Assembly (NCBI GenBank): GCA_035259205.1
Contig: DATFWO010000318.1
Span: 7,954-71,953 of the forward strand
DNA from: Burkholderiales bacterium
GTDB taxonomy: Bacteria; Pseudomonadota; Gammaproteobacteria; Burkholderiales; SG8-41
DNA length: 64,000 nucleotides
Direction of reading: 5' to 3'
Notes under the pieces: generated by a model
What the model was told of the DNA's origin: nothing
Database searches by the model: none
What the model saw: the letters and a program-made list of their open reading frames with translations, nothing else
Made by a program: the position numbers and the translations under genes
In this document: in pieces, positions 18,697 to 26,442 of the stretch
How positions within the stretch are numbered: the stretch's first letter is position 1
Layout: each line of letters starts with the position of its first letter

Positions 18697-20075
18697 GCAA
18701 AGACGGGAAAATTCTGCTGATCGTCGAGGATGACCCCGGCCTGCAGAAGCAGATGCGCTGGAGCTTCGACGCCCATGAAACGCTCGTTGCGGGTGATCGC
18801 GAGAGTGCACTCGCATTGCTGCGCCGGCACGAGCCTCCGGTCGTTACCCTGGACCTGGGGCTTCCTCCGGACGCCGATGGGGCGTCGGAAGGGCTTGCGA
18901 CCCTGGAACAGATACTGGCCCTCGTGCCGGACACGAAGGTGATCGTGGTAACCGGCAATCAGGATCGCGCCAACGCGGTGAAGGCGGTCGGCATGGGCGC
19001 CTACGATTTCTACCAGAAGCCGTTCGAGCCGGAAGTACTGGGACTCGTCGTCGACCGGGCGTTTCGCCTGCATTCCCTGCAGCAGGAAAACCGCCGGCTG
19101 CAACAGCAGGCGTCGGAATCCGAAACCAAGGGCATCATCACCCGCGATCCGGCGATGCTCAAGGTATGTCGCAGCGTGGAGAAGGTGGCGCCCTCGGACG
19201 CCACGGTTCTGCTGCTGGGCGAGTCCGGCACGGGCAAGGAGTTGCTGGCCAAGGCCCTGCACCAGTCGAGCCCCCGTTCGGCCAAGCGGTTTGTCGCGAT
19301 CAACTGCGCGGCAATTCCGGAAACCCTGCTCGAGTCGGAGCTGTTCGGCTACGAGAAGGGGGCGTTTACCGGCGCGAACAAGCAAACCCGTGGCAAGATC
19401 GAGTTCGCCGATGGTGGTACGTTCTTTCTCGACGAGGTCGGGGATCTCTCGGCCGCATTGCAGGCGAAGTTGCTGCGCTTCCTTCAGGAACGCGTGGTCG
19501 AGCGCGTCGGGGGGCGGGAAGAGATTCCGGTCGATGTGCGCATCGTGTGCGCTACTCATCAGAACCTGAAGCAGCTGATCGCGGACGGCCGGTTCCGGGA
19601 GGATCTCTACTATCGTCTGAGTGAAATCGTGATCGCTATCCCGCCCCTCCGCGAGCGGCCCGGAGACGCGGCGCTGCTCGCGCACGCGTTCATGCATGCG
19701 TTCAGCCGCCAGCAAGGACGCTCCCTGCTCGGTTTCAAGCAGGATGCGCTCGACGCGATCGAGAACTATACCTGGCCGGGCAACGTGCGCGAGCTCGAGA
19801 ATTACATCAAGCGCGCGGTCATCATGGCCGATGGATCCCAGCTCAGTGCCGGTGATCTGGGGCTCGCGGTATCGCCTGGAGAGGCCGAGCCGGTCAACCT
19901 GCGGGAGGTGCGCGACGAGGCGGAACGGAAGGCAATCGTCAGAGTTCTGAGCCGGGTGGACGGCAACGTTGCCGACGCAGCGCAGTTGCTGGGCGTAAGC
20001 CGGCCCACGTTGTACCACTTGATCAATCGCTACGGCCTCAAGCAGCCCGGATCGTTCAAGCCGGAAGAGGCATGA
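18693..20075 (+). CDS. prsR: PEP-CTERM-box response regulator, sigma-54-dependent transcriptional activator
   Basis: Receiver domain (LLIVEDD, TLDLGLPPD), AAA+ domain (GESGTGKE, GAFTGA, the sigma-54 contact loop) and a C-terminal Fis-type HTH (AAQLLGVSRPTLYHLINRYGL). The TTG start overlaps the prsK TGA stop. Confidence 0.85.
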   Translation: MSKDGKILLIVEDDPGLQKQMRWSFDAHETLVAGDRESALALLRRHEPPVVTLDLGLPPDADGASEGLATLEQILALVPDTKVIVVTGNQDRANAVKAVGMGAYDFYQKPFEPEVLGLVVDRAFRLHSLQQENRRLQQQASESETKGIITRDPAMLKVCRSVEKVAPSDATVLLLGESGTGKELLAKALHQSSPRSAKRFVAINCAAIPETLLESELFGYEKGAFTGANKQTRGKIEFADGGTFFLDEVGDLSAALQAKLLRFLQERVVERVGGREEIPVDVRIVCATHQNLKQLIADGRFREDLYYRLSEIVIAIPPLRERPGDAALLAHAFMHAFSRQQGRSLLGFKQDALDAIENYTWPGNVRELENYIKRAVIMADGSQLSAGDLGLAVSPGEAEPVNLREVRDEAERKAIVRVLSRVDGNVADAAQLLGVSRPTLYHLINRYGLKQPGSFKPEEA

Positions 20076-20094
20076 GCGGCCGAGAGGGGGAAAC

Positions 20095-20135
20095 AAGAAA
20101 GGGCACGGCGATCGACGCCGTGCCCTTTTCGTTTT
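20095..20135. terminator. Rho-independent, potentially bidirectional terminator between convergent prsR and a PEP-CTERM gene
   Basis: A 10-bp perfect GC-rich stem gggcacggcg / cgccgtgccc with a 5-nt loop. It is flanked by aagaaa upstream and ttttcgtttt downstream. Confidence 0.75.
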
Positions 20136-20168
20136 AGTCCCGGTCTTGAAGACCGCTGCTGCGCACCC

Positions 20169-20954
20169 TCAGCTGCCGAGAATGGCGCGGCGTCGCACTA
20201 AAGCTGCCAGCCCGAAGAGTCCAATCCCGAGCAACGCCACTGTGCCAGGCGATGCTACGACCTGGGATGTGCGGAATCCGGGACTGAGCATATCCACCTT
20301 CCAGTTGTCGCCGCCCAGCACGCCCGCAACGAGGAGGTAGCGCGGTGCGCTGCCTCCTTGTCCCCCTGAGCCGCCTGTATCCACACCAGACCCACCGCCA
20401 CTGAGGGAGGGGATACTGCCGGTGTACACCACGAGGTTATTGGTGGTGCTTGAAGAAGAGTCGTTCGTCGTGCCCTGAGTCGTGTTCGCACACCCGCTGA
20501 AACAGGCGTAGGTGAAATCGTAATTCCCGTTGGGATTCTGGCTCCCGAAAAACACCGAAAGCTCTGGCGCGCCTTGCGCCCCGGAACCGGAGCCGGAACT
20601 ATCCGGCCAACCCAGCCGCAAGGCGTCTGCGTCGAGTCCCTCTGCTGGCAACTCGAACACCGCCACGGCTACGGTGCCGCCCGCATACTTCGTTAACGAT
20701 CCCCCTTCGTAGCTGCCGCCGGCAAGCTGGTTGCCAGTCCCGAATCCTCCGCTGTAGAGCGCGAGCTGGAGAATGTTCGTGAAGAGACTGCTACCCCCAA
20801 TCGAGCCGGTATTCACGCTCGAATACTGACCGGTATTAGCGGCTACCTGATAGGTACCTTGGGTGGTATAAGACGACAGCCACTGCGTCGCCCCCACAGG
20901 CGCAGCAATGAGGACTCCGAAGATCGCTGCCAAGAACACCAAAATTCGTACCAT
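20169..20954 (-). CDS. PEP-CTERM-type sorting-domain protein (variant motif), Gly/Ser/Thr-rich secreted protein
   Basis: Signal peptide MVRILVFLAAIFGVLIAAPVGA. C-terminus VASPGTVALLGIGLFGLAALVRRRA has the motif, TM helix and Arg cluster, with SPG in place of PEP. The start was chosen at the internal ATG because the longer ORF would include the sigma-54 promoter. Confidence 0.75.
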   Translation of the reverse strand: MVRILVFLAAIFGVLIAAPVGATQWLSSYTTQGTYQVAANTGQYSSVNTGSIGGSSLFTNILQLALYSGGFGTGNQLAGGSYEGGSLTKYAGGTVAVAVFELPAEGLDADALRLGWPDSSGSGSGAQGAPELSVFFGSQNPNGNYDFTYACFSGCANTTQGTTNDSSSSTTNNLVVYTGSIPSLSGGGSGVDTGGSGGQGGSAPRYLLVAGVLGGDNWKVDMLSPGFRTSQVVASPGTVALLGIGLFGLAALVRRRAILGS

Positions 20955-21021
20955 TTTTGCTACTTTCACGCTGTCTACGCGCTCGAGCACCGGCGCAATG
21001 CTCCCTCCTCGACCGACTGTG

Positions 21022-21037
21022 AGCAAGTTTCGGGCCA
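21022..21037 (-). promoter_or_regulatory. Sigma-54 (-24/-12) promoter (minus strand)
   Basis: The reverse complement reads TGGCCC-GAAAC-TTGCT, about 68 nt upstream of the ATG at 20954. Confidence 0.65.
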
Positions 21038-21135
21038 TTCGTCGCCCGTTACTATGTAACTACATGTTCTGTAACGAAGTTTATAGATGAGCATCGTCGA
21101 CCTGGAAGCGCCCATCGCGTCCGTGAAGTCCATTT

Positions 21136-21152
21136 TGTAAAAAACATGGACA
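21136..21152 (-). promoter_or_regulatory. 17-bp box copy (reverse complement TGTCCATGTTTTTTACA), proximal site
   Basis: Lies 99 bp upstream of the promoter at 21022-21037, in gene orientation. Confidence 0.55.
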
Positions 21153-21267
21153 AGGATCGCTGGAGTTGATGCATGCTTTAGCCCCAATTTTACGCTGAGA
21201 TCATCTATAACATATTGATTTAAGGACACTTCAGTTACTGGTCACACATGCTTTCGTCAATTTCAAT

Positions 21268-21284
21268 TGTAAAAAAAACCGACA
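21268..21284 (-). promoter_or_regulatory. 17-bp box copy (reverse complement TGTCGGTTTTTTTTACA), distal site
   Basis: Lies 132 bp from the proximal copy. It is identical to the copy at 24899-24915. Confidence 0.6.
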
Positions 21285-21345
21285 GCGACAAAGCTGACCT
21301 CCAACCCATCCAAAAGCCCGTGGCGAGCGGCTTGCGAAAGCTTGT

Positions 21346-24147
21346 TCACGGCCCCAAGGACTTCAATAACGCCTGCGCGTCGTCGGAGTGAGGGAATGCC
21401 TTGCCGGCGCCGAGTATGTTCCTCAATTCGGCGCGCGCGCGCGTCTTGTCGCCCGCCTGAACCAGTGCCTGTGCGAGATGATACCGGATTTCCCGGTTCT
21501 CGCCGTCGAGGGCGACTGCCTTGAGGAGCATCTGTATGCCTTCGTGCAGCTTGCCTCGACTCACGAGTATCCACCCAAAGGTGTCGAGGACGGCCGGTTC
21601 GCCGGGGGTGAGCTGGTAGGCGCGCTCCGCGAAATCGAAAGCGGCCCCATCTCCCACGGCGTGCAGCGACCACGCGAGGTTATTGAGCGTGCGGGCATCC
21701 TGAGGCTTGCGTCGGTCCAGTTCCACGTAGTGCGGAATGGCTTCCTTGTAGCGGCCTTTGGCGCTCAACGCCTCCGCCAGGTAGGTACGCGTCGCCACGT
21801 CGTCCGGGTTCTTCTGCACCCATTCTTCGAGGGGTGCCTCTCGCGCCTGATCGGGGCTCGCGACCGACAAGGCTCGATGCACATTGGTCAGCATCTGTCC
21901 GCTGGGCTCCAACTTGGCCGCGGCCTCGAATGCCTTCACGGCGCCGCGCCCTTCGCCTTGTGCCAGCAGGATATCCCCTTCGAGCCTGAAGCCAACAACG
22001 GATTTCGGATTGTCACGCTGGACCTGCCGGGCCAGATCGAGCGCCTCACCATACTTCTTGTTCGAGATCAAAATGTTGGCAAGGAGCGCCTTGGCGTCCT
22101 GACTGCGCGGATTGCGCTTGAGCGCGCCGCGGACCACCTCCGTCGCCGTGCGGGAGTCCCCGTTAGCCATGTTGGCCGAAGCCAGCAGAAGGTAGGCCTC
22201 GACCGAACCGGATTGCACCATGGTCAGCGTGCTGAACGTTGTTATGGCGCCGGAGTAGTCCTTCGCAGCCATCTGAACGGTGCCCAACGTCTTCAGCACC
22301 TTGGGATCGCGCGGCCGCAGCCTCAGCGCCTGCTTCGCCGACTGGACCGACTCCTTGAGTTCACCCGCGCCCACCTGTGCTTCAGCGATCATGAGCAACG
22401 CCGTAATCGATTCCGGATGCGCATCAGCCGCCTGGCGTGCCCATTTAAGGCCCTCGGCGCGCTGGCCCGCCTTGAATTCGAGCTGCGCCATCGACAACAG
22501 TGCTTCGAGGTGCGTCGGATTCTTGTTCAGAACTTCCGAGATCCGTTTTCGGGCTGAATCAGGCTTGCCCTCGTCGAGGTCCATTCCGGCGAGCTCCTGG
22601 ACCGCCGGGAAATAGGCCGTGTTCAGTTGCGTGGCACGTTGAAAGGCGAGGCGCGCACCGGACGCATCACCTGCGGCGCGCATTACTACTCCCTTGAGCA
22701 TATGCGTTTCCGGGTTGGACGGAAGGCGCCGCTCGACGGCAAGGGCGGCTTCGCGCGCCTTCTCGATCCGTTTGTCGGCAACGAGCATCATGATCAGCCC
22801 GTAATCGGCTTTCGTATTCGGGGGATTCATAGCAATTGCCGCGCGGAAATCGGCTTCTGCGCGCTCGCGCATTCCGCTCGCGAGGTGCGTCATCGCCAAC
22901 GCTGTACGGAATTCCACGTCCTGCGGCGCCAGCTTCACCGCCTTGGCGAGCGTCTCGCGCGCCTCCTGGACGTCTCCGAGCTGCAGCATGGCCTGTCCGG
23001 CAAGTCCGAGTAGCTGCGGGTCTTCCACCTCACCCGCGAGTAGCGGCCTCAGGACGTTGAGGGCGGCCTGCCCGTAGTTCTTGGCGAGGAGAGTTGCGGC
23101 CAGCAACTTGCGCGCATTGGTATCCGTTGGATATCTGGTGAGGTAGCGAACCAGGGCTGTCTGAGCCTGCTCCAGCTCGCCCGTCGCGTAGCTGAGCTGT
23201 CCCGAAACGAGCAGCGCTGGCGCGTACTGGGGCAGGACGTCCAGCACTTTTTGCAGGTATTGACTGCATGTCTGGTATCGCTTCTCTTTGCACTCGATGA
23301 GCCCCTGGGCGAAGTTGAGCAGGGGCCCGGCCGGCGCCATCTTGCTGGCTCGCTCCAGAACCGGCCGTGCATCCGCGATGCGATCGGCGCTGACGAGTGC
23401 AATGCCCTGGAGCAGGGCGAGATTTACATTGCTGGGTTCGAGCTTCGCCGCTTCCACATACTCCGGCAGCGCCTGCTCCAGCTCCCCGGCGGTGCGCCGC
23501 AGCTCGGCCAGGGCAAGATGAGCCTCGGCGCTGCGTGGATTCGATGCAAGAACCTCGGCGATCAGGCTTTCGGCCCGTTGCCGCTCGTCTTTCCGTGCCA
23601 GAGCAAGTCGCGCCAATCCGAGTCTGGCCTTGTCAGGCGATGCTCCCATGGCAAGCTGGAACTGGGTGTTGGCGCTCGTGAGATCGCGCTCCGCGAGGTA
23701 GGCAAGGCCGCGCAGCACCGCAAATTCCGCAAGCGTCTTGGCGTCCGTGGGCTGGGGGCGCTTGGGATCCGGCTCGAGGAGCTGGAGCAACTCCTTGGAC
23801 TTGTCGAGGTCGAGCAATACCGGGCCGAGCACGGGTATGACGTCCACCGCCGGCTTTCCGAGATCGATGGCCTGACGGAGGAAGCTTTCCGCCTCCGGCA
23901 ATATGCTCGAATCCGCCAGTATCTTGCCGAGTTGGAAGGCCGCCTCGGCATGTTTTGGGTCGCGTGCCAGAAGCGCCCTGAACGTGATCGCTGCCGAGAT
24001 TCGGTCGCCATTGGCGAGATAGACGCTGCCCTCGCGCTCCAAACTCTCGACGCTATCGCATCCCGGGAGGAGGAGCATCAATACCGCAGCCAGCAGCAGC
24101 GGCTGGCGGGCGACCACCCGCTTACCGGTCGATCGAATCAACATCAT
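21346..24147 (-). CDS. prsT: PEP-CTERM system TPR-repeat lipoprotein (paralog 1 of 4)
   Basis: About 930 aa of tandem TPR repeats. Lipoprotein signal LLLAAVLMLLLPGC. Start chosen at the internal ATG pair (MMLIRS). It lies near prsKR and PEP-CTERM genes. Confidence 0.8.
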   Translation of the reverse strand: MMLIRSTGKRVVARQPLLLAAVLMLLLPGCDSVESLEREGSVYLANGDRISAAITFRALLARDPKHAEAAFQLGKILADSSILPEAESFLRQAIDLGKPAVDVIPVLGPVLLDLDKSKELLQLLEPDPKRPQPTDAKTLAEFAVLRGLAYLAERDLTSANTQFQLAMGASPDKARLGLARLALARKDERQRAESLIAEVLASNPRSAEAHLALAELRRTAGELEQALPEYVEAAKLEPSNVNLALLQGIALVSADRIADARPVLERASKMAPAGPLLNFAQGLIECKEKRYQTCSQYLQKVLDVLPQYAPALLVSGQLSYATGELEQAQTALVRYLTRYPTDTNARKLLAATLLAKNYGQAALNVLRPLLAGEVEDPQLLGLAGQAMLQLGDVQEARETLAKAVKLAPQDVEFRTALAMTHLASGMRERAEADFRAAIAMNPPNTKADYGLIMMLVADKRIEKAREAALAVERRLPSNPETHMLKGVVMRAAGDASGARLAFQRATQLNTAYFPAVQELAGMDLDEGKPDSARKRISEVLNKNPTHLEALLSMAQLEFKAGQRAEGLKWARQAADAHPESITALLMIAEAQVGAGELKESVQSAKQALRLRPRDPKVLKTLGTVQMAAKDYSGAITTFSTLTMVQSGSVEAYLLLASANMANGDSRTATEVVRGALKRNPRSQDAKALLANILISNKKYGEALDLARQVQRDNPKSVVGFRLEGDILLAQGEGRGAVKAFEAAAKLEPSGQMLTNVHRALSVASPDQAREAPLEEWVQKNPDDVATRTYLAEALSAKGRYKEAIPHYVELDRRKPQDARTLNNLAWSLHAVGDGAAFDFAERAYQLTPGEPAVLDTFGWILVSRGKLHEGIQMLLKAVALDGENREIRYHLAQALVQAGDKTRARAELRNILGAGKAFPHSDDAQALLKSLGP

Positions 24148-24270
24148 TTTTTGCGCTTGGTGTGCTGAGCTGGAAAAGACGTGGTGCTGCGCCCCAGGTT
24201 CGCTCCCAATCATGCCATGGATTACCGGGAGGTGCTTAGCCCGCACGATTTACCGAGAGCCTTCCCATGT

Positions 24271-24286
24271 TGGTCCGGAAATTGCT
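24271..24286 (+). promoter_or_regulatory. Sigma-54 (-24/-12) promoter
   Basis: TGGTCC-GGAAA-TTGCT lies 37 nt upstream of the ATG at 24323. Confidence 0.55.
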
Positions 24287-24322
24287 TCTATGCCCCAGAG
24301 GGAATAAATCAAGGGGTCGCAA

Positions 24323-24580
24323 ATGAAGATCCTGTCCGCCGAGAAATCCAAGCTGCTGGCCGAGCAGAATGGCTGGTCGCTGGAATTTGCGCAAGGTTTT
24401 GTCGACGGCGAAACGTCGCGCAGACTCGGCAAGGCGCCTGCGCTGCTTGCGCTGGTCGGAATCGACGAGCGTTCCATGGGCTTTCGGGCCGGATACTTCG
24501 AGCGGGTGAACCTTGAGCCCGCGCGGACTGCGAAATCGGACACGCCCGTCAGGCGTCGTGAGCAGGTTCGGGTCGGCTGA
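24323..24580 (+). CDS. Conserved small cytoplasmic protein (85 aa), paralog of 58858..59088, unknown function
   Basis: RBS aagggg. About 60 percent identity by eye over 61 aa to the second copy (ILSxEKxKxLAExNGWSL, GFVDGE, LVGIDE, GFRAGYFER). No signal peptide or TM helix. Confidence 0.65.
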   Translation: MKILSAEKSKLLAEQNGWSLEFAQGFVDGETSRRLGKAPALLALVGIDERSMGFRAGYFERVNLEPARTAKSDTPVRRREQVRVG

Positions 24581-24898
24581 CCCTCCCCAGCACGTAGAAA
24601 CTTCGACAAATTAGTCGGCGCCGCGACGCCATGGTCTTGGCGGGCGCTGTCGCATTGGCGAAATTTTTCACGAATGCGCCGGACCTGAAAAAACAGCAGA
24701 GGATGCGTCCGCGCGATCGCGCGACGCGACCGGCGGTCGGCAAGGGCTCGGCATCGGAATCCCCTTTGTCAGATTTCCTTACGGTCAAATTTGCAGCAGA
24801 GCCTGGTCGAAAATCCTTTCCCGGCCCTTAAACAATTAATAATCAATATCTTGAGATCGACTTTTCACCCTTTCTTACACGCATCTTACGATTTTCCC

Positions 24899-24915
24899 TG
24901 TCGGTTTTTTTTACA
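24899..24915 (+). promoter_or_regulatory. 17-bp box copy (TGTCGGTTTTTTTTACA)
   Basis: Lies 207 bp upstream of the PEP-CTERM gene start at 25122, in gene orientation. Confidence 0.6.
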
Positions 24916-25121
24916 AGACGCCTCGATAGCGGATTTTGAGTCCTGGGTTTGTTGCATAGAAAACAATATGAAACAATGAGTTGAACTAATACCTCGATTA
25001 TGAGCATGAATATTGCTTCCGGTTTCCGGTGCAATTTTCCGGTTGTTAAGTAAAGGCGTTACTGGCGTACGCCTTGTCCACTAGACCCGGCTGGTGGAAT
25101 CTGGTTTTTGGGGAGGGGTGA

Positions 25122-26219
25122 ATGCCTCGCAAGTTCCATGAAAGTCGGCGGTTGCCTGTTGCTGTACAGTTGGCGACCGCATGGGCTCTACTGTGGGTCA
25201 GCGGAGCCGTGATGGCTGCCAATCCCGTGTCGTCGTCCTGCGCCACGCCCGATCCCAATACACCGTCCATTACCACGTGTTTCTTCGACCTGACCGCGTC
25301 GCCGTCGACCACGGCAGTTCCCGCGTCTGCAGTGTTGAATGGCGGGATTTTCCAGGTGCCTGGCCCGAACGACCCGCTCGGGCAGGGGTTCATAACGGGT
25401 ACCGGCGTATTCAACCCGTTCGTGCGCATCCAGGAGTCGGGCAACGGGAACGCAGCTTCCAACGGCGTCGAGACCGGCTTCAATACCGACGGGCGTAGCG
25501 GCGTCGGGCAGCTTGCGACGGAGCTGGACAATCACGACAAAGGCGGCAGCAACTGGAACCATTCAATCAAGCTGGGCGACATCAACATCGTGACCGTCGG
25601 TGGCAAGCAGTACTATGAGTTTTTGCTCGACAGCAACGAGCAGGGGAATACCAAGAACTCCGGAATTTCACTGGACGAATTCAAGGTGTTCACCGCCGCG
25701 ACCGGCGACATCCACAGTGGCTATACGGGACAGGACGACACCGCGGGATTCACCAACTTCCAGTTGAACAACGGAGCGACGCTCAAGTATGACATGGACG
25801 CCGGTCCGGGAGGGGATTCATCGATCTTGATGGATTACAGCAACTTCAGCGGGAGCGGGAATGGCGTCGATCTTCAGGCGCTGGTGCCGGTGACAAACTT
25901 TGCCGGTGTTTCCCCCGACAGTTTCGTCTACCTCTACTCGAAGTTCGGATGGACATCCAACCAATGCACGGTGACCGGGCAACAAGTCAGCCCTTGCCTG
26001 ACTCCGGACGGAACGACGGGTCAAGGCACGCCATTGGGAGGTGCCGGGACAAAGGTAGGCAGCTTGAATTTCGAAGTGGACGCCGGATTCGAGGAATGGT
26101 CGATACGCAAGAGAACTCCGGTGCCTGCTACTGCACTGTTGCTGGGTATCGGCTTGGCGGGATTGGCGGCAGTGCGCAAGGGTAAGGGCCGTAAGAAGGC
26201 TCCGGGCCTTTCCGCCTAG
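25122..26219 (+). CDS. PEP-CTERM-type sorting-domain protein (variant motif)
   Basis: Strong RBS ggggagggg. Signal peptide ending SGAVMAA. C-terminus TPVPATALLLGIGLAGLAAVRKGKGRKK has VPA in place of PEP, followed by a TM helix and a basic cluster. Confidence 0.75.
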   Translation: MPRKFHESRRLPVAVQLATAWALLWVSGAVMAANPVSSSCATPDPNTPSITTCFFDLTASPSTTAVPASAVLNGGIFQVPGPNDPLGQGFITGTGVFNPFVRIQESGNGNAASNGVETGFNTDGRSGVGQLATELDNHDKGGSNWNHSIKLGDINIVTVGGKQYYEFLLDSNEQGNTKNSGISLDEFKVFTAATGDIHSGYTGQDDTAGFTNFQLNNGATLKYDMDAGPGGDSSILMDYSNFSGSGNGVDLQALVPVTNFAGVSPDSFVYLYSKFGWTSNQCTVTGQQVSPCLTPDGTTGQGTPLGGAGTKVGSLNFEVDAGFEEWSIRKRTPVPATALLLGIGLAGLAAVRKGKGRKKAPGLSA

Positions 26220-26236
26220 AAGATAGCTATTGCTCG

Positions 26237-26259
26237 TGGTGCGCCCTGGGGGCGCACCA
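26237..26259 (+). terminator. GC-rich hairpin after the PEP-CTERM gene (possible terminator or attenuator, no U-tract)
   Basis: tggtgcgccc / gggcgcacca forms a 10-bp stem with a 3-nt loop, 18 nt after the stop. Confidence 0.3.
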
Positions 26260-26442
26260 GCATAACCGGGGGCGCACGTCGCGCCCCTGTTCACATGCAA
26301 GCACGGTTACTGCCTTCGGCTGTTGCCCTCGGCGGTCTATCGCTGTTTTAACGGGTTTATTCACTATCCACCCGTCGAGTGCTACTCTTTCGGGGGTTAG
26401 CACGTTGCCGCGGCCAGGGCACCGCGGTTTTCCATTCCTTTT

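Noticed and set aside
18546-20096. 516-aa ORF antisense to prsR
   Set aside because: The sense frame has receiver, AAA+ (GAFTGA) and Fis HTH motifs. The antisense product has none.
24656-24672. Degenerate box-like 17-mer TGGCGAAATTTTTCACG, and a similar weak match at 58742-58758 (GACCAGGAATTTTCGCA) upstream of the 58814 promoter
   Set aside because: These give only 10-12 of 17 matches and lack the TGTC and ACA ends that define the clear copies. They could be weak sites but cannot be separated from chance by eye.
25063-25078. Possible sigma-54 promoter TGGCGT-ACGCC-TTGTC in front of the PEP-CTERM gene at 25122
   Set aside because: The nearly invariant -12 GC is GT here. No other GG-N10-GC match exists between the box at 24899 and the ATG, so the promoter for this gene is unresolved. 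It is kept only as a weak candidate.
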